The notes beneath the pieces were generated by a model, which was not told where the DNA came from, made no database searches, and saw only the letters and a list, made by a program, of their open reading frames with translations. Position numbers and translations under genes: made by a program. DNA of 63,972 bases, the filler included, from Lenisia limosa (taxonomy: Eukaryota; Protista; Breviatea): the NCBI GenBank assembly GCA_001655205.1. It is 14 parts of 14 records of this genome, joined end to end, with 100 filler letters (N's around TTAATTAATTAA, not from the genome) between each part and the next. Parts side by side here need not be neighbours in the genome. Positions count along the whole stretch, not along the records: positions 35,514 to 40,350 come from LPNZ01000381.1; positions 40,451 to 55,957 come from LPNZ01010400.1; positions 56,058 to 58,791 come from LPNZ01005287.1; 11 more parts are not named here. One strand, written 5' to 3'. Of the stretch, positions 39,490 to 58,250 are shown piece after piece. Within the stretch, counting starts at the first letter, position 1, and every line of letters starts with the position of its first letter.

Positions 39490-40309
39490 CTATTTGTTGT
39501 TTTTCCGCTTTCTCTTTGCGGGTTGCTCATAGATAGATTTCGACGCCAGTCCTGGGCGGTCAGAAAACAGATTATTATTGCAGTCCATTTGCAAAATGGG
39601 AACACAGGTACAAATGTGTATTTTTGTATCAATAATTCCCCCGAGCCTACCGGATGAGAAAGAAGCCGTCACAGCATCTGATGATGTGGAGGATTCCTCC
39701 ACTGCTGAAGAGGGGGTGAAGATTATGTGATTGAAAACCAGTCATATTGACATAACAATCCACCGTTAGGGTCCATTTGGATAGCATTGGTACTGTGACC
39801 TACGTTGGATTGGGTCCACCTTCGGAGTTTTCACTGGCTCGTCTTTTACTGAAGTGTGAATTCAACTATTGGAACTGATTTGAAAGAACCATCTCATCTA
39901 CAAGCAAACCTGAGGGAGGGAGTGCGGTAAATTTCTTTGGCTTAGGAGGCTCCATTGTGGTGACAGACTCTTTTCCTGCGGGGTCAGCAAAACAATGAAC
40001 TATGCAGCCCCAGCTATTAGTCCACAGAGTGGTGTAAAATTATAAAGCATGTTGCTGATATATTATGAGCCCCTTACCAGCCAGCCCACCATCACACAAC
40101 CAGGCACTTTTGAGGCAATTGGCCGCACTTGGGCGTTTGTCGGGTTCTCCATCAAGCATTTGGATAATTAAATCCTGGGGATAAGGAGGAAGCTGAAGAA
40201 ACAGTGCAGTGATTACCAGACGAAAATAGATTCGAAGTTGAGTACCACTCACCTTGCACTCCTGCGCTACATCCTTCCAAACAGAACCTTCAAATTTGAT
40301 TTTGCAGTA
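39490..40309 (-). CDS. CAMK-like Ser/Thr protein kinase, C-terminal exons
   Basis: YCKIKFEGSVWKDVAQECK|DLIIQMLDGEPDKRPSAANCLKSAWL (subdomains X-XI), followed by a low-complexity tail ending ...PAKRKRKNNK*. Confidence 0.75.
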
Positions 40310-40559
40310 CTGAAATGTCATTGTGAGAAGGGAAGAGGGGACTAAGACAGNNNNNNNNNNNNNNNNNNNNNNNNNNNNNNNNNNNNNNNNNNNNTTAATT
40401 AATTAANNNNNNNNNNNNNNNNNNNNNNNNNNNNNNNNNNNNNNNNNNNNGTGGGGGCGCGGCCTGGGCTGAAGGGGGTGCGGATGCTCATTGAGCGGAA
40501 CGGAGTTCGACTGCGGGGTGAAGGAAGCCACAATATTACTAACACTAACACTACATGGA

Positions 40560-43500
40560 ATGTTGAAGTTATATTGTCAAATTCTTTGGTATCATTTGAG
40601 TACGTTCTCACCTGGAAGAAAACCAAGACGAGGCGCAGGAGGAACATAACTGCAGAGTAAGATGGGTGAATGAAGAGGAATGAGGAACTAGACCTGAAGA
40701 ACACAGCAATATCACCCATATTATTGAAAAAAAAACACCCCAGCAGGGGAAACAGTATAATATAGCATATGACCAAAGCAATAAAGCAAGCAGCATACAA
40801 ATTGACATTGGGATGATTCCGTAGAAGGCCACGTCAACCCAGGTCGTAGTCTCAGGAGAGACGTGGAAGGTTGCAACAACACCATTGCTGTANNNNNNNN
40901 NNNNNNNNNNNNNNNNNNNNNNNNNNNNNNNNNNNNNNNNNNNNNNNNNNNNNNNNNNNNNNNNNNNNNNNNNNNNNNNNNNNNNNNNNNNNNNNNNNNN
41001 NNNNNNNNNNNNNNNNNNNNNNNNNNNNNNNNNNNNNNNNNNNNNNNNNNNNNNNNNNNNNNNNAAAAAAAAAACTAAGGGCACTGATCCTGTTTTCGAT
41101 TTAGACCTGCCTTAATAAGATACAGCTTATTCACATAATAGATTACTCAATTCTGCTCTGTGGTCCCTTGAGCCAACCAAGGTATATCTGACCCTTCAAT
41201 GTGTACGATGTTGCTGATATAATCATCTGTAGGGGTGAGGACTAAGTTGGATTCTCATCTCCTTGCAACTATCCACGATGTGTAAAGATATGAAAAACAA
41301 TAGGTTGCCTGGCCAAAGCCGTTCGTTCATACCATCACATGAGCTAGCAACACACTAGCAAGCCATGCATATGCCTCAACACACTAGCAAGCCATCATAT
41401 AAACATGGATATGCCTCAATCATTAAGGATTAGGATAGAACATCATACCAAAGGGCGAGTATCATACATATCATATCAAAAGAAGATACGACGCAATATC
41501 CCTCACCTCCATTTCACAGCCAATTGGCGCCTGCGCCAGAGTGAGCAGTTCAAACGTCCGATTGGTCCGAATAGCCACCATGAGGTCGGAGGAAGACTGT
41601 GGGGGAGGGGGATAAATGGAAAAGTATGAAAGAACAAAGAAAAAACGCCCATAAAATACGCCCACAAAATACGCCCACAAAATACGCCAGCAAAATACAT
41701 GAGATAGTAACACGCCATCAAACATGATTGACTCAAGACGCTCCCCTCACCTCAGTAATTAACCCGAGAAGTCTGCCCTCTTCATCCAAAGGAGCCACCT
41801 ATAACGTTAGGAGGGGCAGGGAATAAAATTGGCATGTTCGCCATTTAACAGCATCAAATCGAACTAAGAGGAACAAGAAAAAAAATGTTCAGTTCTTTCA
41901 GAATTTTGGGAGAATTCGGCAAAGTAAGTGCATTAAGAAGTCAATATATACATGACATCATCCTTGCTTTCATTCATAATTCCCAAGACCCCCGCATACT
42001 CCAACCCCCTCGACAGGCTCTGCCAGGTCAAGTTTGCGAAGAGTGGAAGCGTAAATCTAAGCAATAAAGAAGGGGTTTTGGGTTGAGGTGCAGTAGAGGA
42101 AATTGCTTGCGACATACTAAACTAAGCCCCCCCCCACGATGGCCATGCCGGCCAGGTCAGGGTCTGTCGACGCTAGGTACTTATTGTAGTGCGCAATAAG
42201 AGAGGAAACCGTCTCTAACGGCGTTTCAATCGCTGATGGGTCAGTATGTTGCTGGGATATACAGCTATATCATATAATTGCTTGCAAATGGATGAGAATT
42301 AGCTCTATGTCAACACACTCTACTCCCACGTTTAGTAATGATCCCATAGTTGATTAATAACCCTTACACATAACACGCCACTCACTCGGTTTTGTCACTC
42401 CTAGAGCCACGAAAAGGCTGTGCTGTAAACTATGTGACACATCGGCAACCAGAGTGTTTGAGGGGGCTGAGGGGGTAAACTATTGGCTGCCGTCAAAAAT
42501 AATCAAAAGAGTAAAACCCTCAAAGTTAGCCAAGCATTTGAAAAACGGGTGAATAATAAATCCACTAAAAATATTGATACTTCAGAATCTTTTATTGTAT
42601 TCGCGTACATCTCGCGCCTGTGTCTGTGGGAGGCGCTCCGAATGTCCAATCATCGTCATCCTCGCTGTACGTCGCGCTGGGTTCGGCCTTGAAGATAAGG
42701 AATGGAATGGTGTGGGCGGCACAATATGTTCCTGACAGTAAGCCCCACCTCGTGATCACCCAAGTCGTGACCCTCATGTAGAAAGTCGTGGATCAGCTGT
42801 GACAGCGGCGCGTGTGCTGTCTAATATCGTAAACATCGTCTAAATCACAGCCTGGGCGGTTGATTGATGTTTTTTGTTTTTACTGTTTTTTTTTTAAAAA
42901 AAGTTACACATCTTTAATTTCATATCAAATCTCAAAATTACTGCCAACCCATCAACACAGTAAAAGTAATATGGAACCACCCACATATAGATGATCCGCT
43001 TCCCAGGTCCATTCCACCAGCTGGCCAGGAGCAACCAATTGTTCCAGATTTATGGTGGAGATGGCATAAGCAATGTGACTGTCGGTTGGCGACTGTGACG
43101 ACACCGTGCACATGACAAGCTGGGGGAGGAGAAACATGACAAATCACAAGCTGGGGGATGAGAAACATGATCACAAGCTGAAGGTCTGCAAAGTAATTTC
43201 AAGACACCCCCCACAGTGACACTGCCTTCGTCTTGATGGAAAGAGAAGTTGAAAATTGGGTTCTGAACGGTGAACAAATGGACAAAAAATGTTCTGACAG
43301 TTCATCCTACCAATACACTTGTCTTGATGTTCATTTCAACACCGTTTGAGAGAAGTACTGTCTGAGGGGGGTGAACAATGGCTCAAATGAATATATCATA
43401 TAATTAGTCTACAATTAAAAGAAAGAAAAAGAAAGAAAAGAAAGAAAAGAAAGAAAAAAAGAAGATAGTTGATCCAAATAAGATGGAAAATATAAAGTTT

Positions 43501-45700
43501 ACAGGGTCAAGCAATCAATGACCCCCATACTTTGTCACCTCGATTAATCACAGCAGTTCTCCAAAGATAGTCGTCATCAGCATAGGTCATAATCACCACT
43601 ATGTTCTCTGAAATGTGTTATTTTTGTTGGTAAATAATAGAGGTTTATCGTGGTATGAACCAGATATAATTTACATTCGCCTCGTAAAAATACTGATGAA
43701 GATAGTGGATGTCACAAACCTCCAAAGATTTTAGCGAATATTGACGTGGGTGTCTCCTCCACCGGAAAGGCGAAATAGTGCGGGACCTGCGATGATGAGG
43801 CGTGCCTCAACCCTGGTTTCTGGATTCTCTACGTTTTAGCATTTATTATTTGGCTAATTGTTCAGTCCTACCCCCCCCCCCACATCCAGCGGAGTTGTGG
43901 AGCAGTCGTCAATAATCAAAGCCTCTGTTTGGCCCTCATGGGCAATGACAAAAGCCCCGACTCCCTCGCAGCTCCTATGACGTCACAATGCCAAACAGCA
44001 TATCCAATACTATGATATGTATTCATGTCGTAAAGAAAGAGGTCCAACGTTTAAGAAAGTGCAAAATAGGAAATGAGGATTGAACTTCTCATAATGATCC
44101 TTTGGACATGATTGCAGAAAACTAGAAACCTACCCCCCAAACTCTTCCTTATCCGGAGTTTCGTGGGAGTTCCACCTCACAACCGGCGGGAGAGCAAACT
44201 GCTCAACGCTGAGTTGCCACACCTCCTTCCATTCGTGATCTGGGGGGGGGGGGNNNNNNNNNNNNNNNNNNNNNNNNNNNNNNNNNNNNNNNNNNNNNNN
44301 NNNNNNNNNNNNNNNNNNNNNNNNNNNNNNNNNNNNNNNNNNNNNNNNNNNNNNNNNNNNNNNNNNNNNNNNNNNNNNNNNNNNNNNNNNNNNNNNNNNN
44401 NNNNNNNNGATTGTGAAACGTCAGCTACCATGGCAGTGATGGAAGGTGACGATGTGTCTTAAAAGGTCAGTGAAGGTTCAGTATGAGAAAGTAAACACGT
44501 ATAAATACGCTTAAAAACACATCAAAAAATGCAAACTATGAGCCAATAATTAGTCTGTGTAGCATCACAACAAAAGGGAACGGTGAAGAAAACAGTGTGA
44601 TGATAGCCCCACTTGAATTCGCAACCAAAGCGTGAAGATATCCACCAGAGTGATATATGTCTGAGAACGTTGTTGTTTTGCTCTCTGGCACGGGCGAGGG
44701 CTTTGACGAGGCTGCCAATTCTATTCCGTTATTACTTCATTGAAAAGTAAGAAGAGAGTTATTTATGGGGGGGGGGGGGAAGGACAACTNNNNNNNNNNN
44801 NNNNNNNNNNNNNNNNNNNNNNNNNNNNNNNNNNNNNNNNNNNNNNNNNNNNNNNNTGAAATAAATACCACGTTATGTGGTATTCTTGTATGCCTATGAC
44901 ATCAAATCACATTTAACGGACTGAAACCGTTGATGACCAAAGTCCCACCGAAAACGCCAAGACTCCTCAGAAGGAAGGGAAATAATAGGAAGCTTGAAGG
45001 CCATCTGAAGGGGTATAAGTTGAGGGAGCAAGAAAAAAAGATAGGGTCGAAAACTTTTGGCGGCTCACCTTTCTTCGGACACCAGTAGCGGCTTAGTGAA
45101 GCCGACGAGGGGTGACTCTGAGATGTTGCTTTGCTCGGGAAGAAGATTCAGGACAAAAATGGCCCCTATGCGATAAGTGTAGCTCTATTTTAAAGGAAGA
45201 TAGTTCCCATATATATCACATCATTTCAGAATAAGAATGTGGCGAGGTCCGGAGATGTGGAAGATCAACCACATGGTTTAGTATGTATACTGATTTGGAA
45301 ACATCGTATTAATTTACACAAAATAAAAAAATTTGATTTCGTATCCACAGGAGTTTAAGAAAACAGAAACAAAAGAAGCGCCAGTTATGATCAGCAACAC
45401 GGATGATGATATTTAAAGGGGTGTTACAGTGAAATTCAATAATAAACAAGAATACTAGAAGGATTAGCAAGCAAAAATCCACAACAGTCATATTCAGGCA
45501 CACTGGGGTAGTATCACAATAATGGAATTACAGGAATGAGAAAATGGGTAGAGGTCGAAGCCTGGATTAAACCGCAGTATAGCAATAATAATGCTTCATC
45601 ACACCTGTATGGAGTATAAAATTATGATAATTTGTCCATTAAGAACTAAACCAACCACTTACATATTGGTAGGAAAATGAAAAAGAGGAAGTTTCTCAGG
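40560..45700 (-). CDS. Hypothetical large multi-exon protein
   Basis: Many GT-AG exons (AIFVLNLLPEQSNISESPLVGF; CEGVGAFVIAHEGQTEALIIDDC; SHIAYAISTINLEQLVAPGQLVEWTWEADHLY; PSAIETPLETVSSLIAHYNKYLAS). May be more than one gene. No family recognised. Confidence 0.4.
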
Positions 45701-46061
45701 TACGCGGATGAAAGGTTTACTGAAAGGTGAGAAGAAGAAACTGGATTCTAACCTCTAATAAAAACACTAGGCATTATAATACAAATTTTAAGGGAAAAGA
45801 AAGGAGCGACGCTTGTTACATTGCTGAAATGAGCAACTAAACTGTAGTTATCTTTTAAAAACTGCTAGGAAACTTATTTATTTGGACTATATAGCACTTT
45901 TATTACACTTTCTACGATAAATCCACCATAAGAAGCTCAAAAAAAGCGTGAAAAAGCGTTTTAAAAATCCGTGAATTTACGAAAAGTCACCCATTTTTTT
46001 TGAATTTTAGCGATTTTTTTTTTTCAATTTCACTACCATTTCGCTTATTGACAGATAAATT

Positions 46062-53899
<7,838 letters not shown>

Positions 53900-54039
53900 A
53901 CACTCGCTTTCTTCTCATTTCAGTTCTATAATATATCATCTCTTCTTGCTCAACTGTTGGTGGCTGGTGGTAACTGGGATAAATACAATCACCACATTAA
54001 AATACAAAACATCATCATACATTACTACCTAGTTATCCT

Positions 54040-54470
54040 CATCGCTGTCAGTAATCTCGTCAAGCCTCATCATGCTGTTGGCCTTGAAGGCAACTCTGGG
54101 GGGTCAGGGCAATTCTTTTCAAAGCAATTGCTATGAAACTGCAAACTCACGGTGCCGGCACGGTATCGGGCTTGGCCTCTTCTTTTGGAGGCTCCTCGGG
54201 AGACCTGGAAGGTAAAACCAAATGGGGTCAAAGATGAACGTGTCTCTCCACTTACTGTGATGCCACAAAACTGCCTCGCGTTTTGGGGATGTTGACGTTG
54301 ACACCTGAGAGGTGAGATTTACGCAACCACAACCACCATCAAAACAAGACAAGGGGATGTGGGACCTCAGCAAACCAGAAAGAGGGGTACTGTTGCGCTG
54401 GATGCCGATTTTGAAGACTGCTTCGTCATCGCTATCATCGTCATCTGAGACTCTGGGGGGAGGGGGTAAC
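54040..54470 (-). CDS. Hypothetical protein C-terminal exons, convergent with PFOR
   Basis: RVSDDDDSDDEAVFKIGIQRNSTP... and PPRVAFKANSMMRLDEITDSDEDN*. Confidence 0.35.
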
Positions 54471-54602
54471 ACTGGCAATATATAATATCACATCCATTTG
54501 TAAGAACCGTGCCAATTATGCTTACTCGGCCTTTTTCTTTGTTCCTTTCGAAGAGTGCAGATAGCGAACCGAGGATTTGGCCTGCATTGCTCTCCTGTGG
54601 GG

Positions 54603-54962
54603 AGGTTAGAAACTGCTAATTGTAAAACTTGATCTGCTAAATTAAATAATTGTTTTGGTTTAAAATTACCTACTGATAAGAAATGATTAGAAAATATATG
54701 TAAATGGAGTGAATGAGATAAAGCTAAACATATTAAATTTGAAACTTTTGAAGCTTCTAAATATGCTTTTGCGTATAATGACATGAGTTATCACGATGAA
54801 AGAAGTGTTGATACTTTTGTTCAAAGATATGTTGGTTAGAATAATACTAATTATAAAAGATTTTTATAGAACAATTATAAATGAGTTTATCATGAGTTTA
54901 TCAAGAATATTTGAATTATTAAAATAAAAGAATATAATATCTATACCAAGTCAATTTGGTAA
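54603..54962 (+). pseudogene. AT-rich foreign-looking coding frame with TGA/TAG but no TAA over 119 codons
   Basis: Third positions almost all A/T, unlike host genes. 5 TGA, 2 TAG and 0 TAA until 54960. The other two plus frames hit TAA within about 15 codons. Confidence 0.55.
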
Positions 54963-55119
54963 ATATAAGTAAGTATTACGAAATTCTGAAGAAATCAAGC
55001 CTTAACGGGCTTTTTTGGTAAATATAAGTAAGTATTACGAAATTCTGAAGAAATCAAGCCTTAACGGGCTACAATAAATAAATATAATACTTGTACAGAA
55101 ATAAAAAAATTGTAGAAAC

Positions 55120-55149
55120 AAAAGACATCTTTCGTAAAGGTGTCTTTTT
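55120..55149 (+). terminator. Intrinsic-terminator-like hairpin
   Basis: aaaagacatcttt-cgt-aaaggtgtctttt-t: 13-bp stem with one G-U pair, A-run before and T-run after. Confidence 0.4.
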
Positions 55150-55499
55150 GGTAATCGGAATGTATGTTGTGGCTCCGCTACCGGTAATCCCCGAAATTAC
55201 CGATATGTATCCCTCCTACCGTTCCTCATATGTATCCCTCCTACCGTTCTTCAGCAGTTAATAGTTCCGGCCTGGCACTTTCGCTGTTTGAAAGGTTGCT
55301 TGTGAGGTCCTGGGGAATTGAGTGAAGTGTCACCCAGTTTAAATAATTGACTTTGAGATGAAATATGTATTGTGATTGGAAAATGATATAGTATACGTAT
55401 GTCTTATCGAACTTTGCCCAAAATACGTAACAGCCCCCCCCCCCCCTANNNNNNNNNNNNNNNNNNNNNNNNNNNNNNNNNNNNNNNNNATCGGACTGG

Positions 55500-55853
55500 G
55501 AAGCGTGGTCGTCAGCAACGTCGTCATCGTCATCTTCAACCACCGCTTCCGCTTCCTTCTTTTCCTGGGGGGGGGGGGGATAAAAGGAATTGATAAACCA
55601 AACTCATTCAAACAATTCGCACAAAGCAAAAAAGCGTGTTTTAAAACAACAAAAATCCAGCTGATCCTGCAGCATTGCATCCCATTAACATAAATTAGCA
55701 CCATGCCCCCCACGATGACCACAATGGCAGCAGGAGCCTGCTCGTCATCGGTAGCAAGTTCAATATCGCCGCCGTGGTCGGATACAATGCCCTTCTCCAA
55801 ATCGGAATCAGAGGGGTCAGCTTCCGGGGCAAGAACCTGGGTGGTCAAACCAT
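55500..55853 (-). CDS. Hypothetical acidic protein exons
   Basis: ctcccag|DGLTTQVLAPEADPSDSDLEKGIVSDHGGDIELATDDEQAP; EEAEAVVEDDDDDVADDHASQSD. Confidence 0.45.
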
Positions 55854-55957
55854 CTGGGAGAGAGAAAAATCGGAAAATTTACGAAAACAAAAAAGCCCAA
55901 AATCAACTCTGTTGGCCGACAACACACGAGGGTTGATAACAACAAAACAAAAAAGCC
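55854..55957 (-). repeat. Acceptor-associated repeat F
   Basis: aaccctcgtgtgttgtcggccaacagagttgattttgggctt..aaattttcc..ctctcccAG, directly before a coding exon. Confidence 0.8.
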
Positions 55958-56321
55958 NNNNNNNNNNNNNNNNNNNNNNNNNNNNNNNNNNNNNNNNNNN
56001 NTTAATTAATTAANNNNNNNNNNNNNNNNNNNNNNNNNNNNNNNNNNNNNNNNNNNNAAGGACCAGTTTTCGCCCTGATTGGTGAAAGAAAGCATCATAG
56101 TATATTACTTTTCGGATCTCATCATTTTCAAGCAGTAATATGATACTTCATATCCCAAGTCTCAATCGTACTCTCTAATATACTCGGGATGAACTCTCAT
56201 GTTATCTGTTCACCATTTCGACTCCGAAGTCTGACAAATGATCATATCATTAGTGGACACGGGTTAATGAATATCATACGTACCCCATATGATATGGATT
56301 GTATGTTATCAAATATGTATG

Positions 56322-56421
56322 TAGGGCTTCACTTCGGTTCGAAAAAAGACTAAATTTCTCGATATATCCTCGAAAACTATCGATATTCTACCGGTTTTTT
56401 TCGAACCGAAGTGAAGCCCTC
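56322..56421 (+). mobile_element. hAT-type MITE, subfamily A (best-preserved copy)
   Basis: Near-perfect ~25-bp TIRs. Exact 8-bp TSD tatgtatg at 56314-56321 and 56422-56429. Confidence 0.92.
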
Positions 56422-57064
56422 TATGTATGCTTATGAAATTGGGATAAAAAAGTAATAAGATACTTGTGGACATCTCCGGAACAAATATCTCAGTATTAAC
56501 TCGGTTAAACCCCTCGAAATATGCAGCACGTTACCTTCGGAGTTGACTAGTGGAGGCGATGGAGTACTGCCAAAGTCCTCTATGTCATTTGCATTAAATC
56601 GAAGGGACATGGAACCCGTACGCGCCCGTGTGCTGGGAGAGAGAGAGGGGGGGGGGGTAAAACGAAGGAAATTTCGATGAAGAATNNNNNNNNNNNNNNN
56701 NNNNNNNNNNNNNNNNNNNNNNNNNNNNNNNNNNNNNNNNNNNNNNNNNNNNNNNNNNNNNNNNNNNNNNNNNNNNNNNNNNNNNNNNNNNNNNNNNNNN
56801 NNNNNNNNNACACAAAAAAAGCCGCAAAAAACCCTTCGTCATACTGTGCTTTGTTGACTCGGATAACACCTGAATTATTAGGCCTCCGTGCAATTAATTT
56901 AATTAGTTGACAAAAATTGAAATGAAAATGTTCGAAATGAAAAAAAAGAGTTGATGAAAAATCACGGATATCATATAAACTTCCTACCTGGGGGGTCTCG
57001 AGGGTCAGAGAATAAAGGCGAAAGAGAGTCATTTTCCATTGATTCTGCAAGGTTCGATTCCGAC

Positions 57065-57205
57065 CTAATTGAGGGGTAAAATTGGAAAATATATGACACA
57101 AAAAAACAAAGCCCAGAATCAATTTTGTTGGCTGACAACACACGAGGGTGAAAAACAACAAAACAAACAAAGACGAGTCGCTTCGGTATACCACATCCCA
57201 TCACT
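57065..57205 (-). repeat. Acceptor-associated repeat F (near full-length copy)
   Basis: atgggatgtggt..gaagcgactcg..tttgttttgttg..accctcgtgtgttgtcagccaac..ttgattctgggcttt..tttccaattttacccctcaattAG, ending at a splice acceptor. Confidence 0.8.
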
Positions 57206-57331
57206 CGGGAGAGGTGGAAATGGCCAATTTGTCCGACAAATAATAATAAAAAAGACAAAAAATAAAAAAGGAACCCATCAACAAAACCCCAATTGAGCAC
57301 CCTCTACCACCAACATCACCAACACCATAAC

Positions 57332-57426
57332 TAGCGCTTCCCTACGGTCCCAAAAAGACCGAATTGTTCGATAATCCTCGAAAAATATCGAATGCTAAAG
57401 GGTCTATTTCGGACTGTAAGGTAACC
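57332..57426 (+). mobile_element. hAT-type MITE, subfamily B
   Basis: tagcgcttccctacggtcccaaaaagaccgaa...ggactgtaagg. Confidence 0.7.
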
Positions 57427-58108
57427 ATCCTTCTTGAGTTATTTAACCCCCAGACTAGCAGTGATATCCCCCCCCCCCNNNNNNNNNNNNNNNNNNNNNN
57501 NNNNNNNNNNNNNNNNNNNNNNNNNNNNNNNNNNNNNNNNNNNNNNNNNNNNNNNNNNNNNNNNNNNNNNNNNNNNNNNNNNNNNNNNNNNNNNNNNNNN
57601 NNNNNNNNNCAGCAGTGTGGCTGCGAAACGAGCACTCTGACCCCTCTCTGGGGGGGTGTCGAAATTCTAGGGCATCATCAAATAAGCAATTCTCAGTCTG
57701 ATACAAATATAACCAAACAGTATGCTCCCTTTAATAAGTGCTATTTTTTAGACTGAAACATGACAAAACAAGCAAGATGGGTGAGGCTTGAAACATGACA
57801 AAAAGTTGATCAGAGGGGCAAATAGGGACAATTTACAAAAAAAATAAGCCTCCAATATTATACTCTGTAGGGAGTGGGGCTCTACCGATTTAATATGATA
57901 AATAAANNNNNNNNNNNNNNNNNNNNNNNNNNNNNNNNNNNNNNNNNNNNNNNNNNNNNNNNNNNNNNNNNNNNNNNNNNNNNNNNNNNNNNNNNNNNNN
58001 NNNNNNNNNNNNNNNNNNNNNNNNNNNNNNNNNNNNNNNNNNNNNNNNNNNNNNNNNNNNNNNNNNNNNNNNNNNNNNNNNNNNNNNNNNNTTGACATTT
58101 GGAAGGTC

Positions 58109-58250
58109 CTGTGAGGTGGGGGATAAAAAGGGAAAATAATGAACGAAAAAGAGAGCTCAAAATCAACTCTGTTGGTTGACTACACACGAGGGTTGAGAAC
58201 AACAAAACAAACCAGGCCAGTCGCTTCTGTAGCACCGTATCCCATTAATT
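58109..58250 (-). repeat. Acceptor-associated repeat F (near full-length copy)
   Basis: atgggatacggtgc..gaagcgactggc..aaccctcgtgtgtagtcaaccaacagagttgattttgagc..ccccacctcacAG. Confidence 0.8.
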
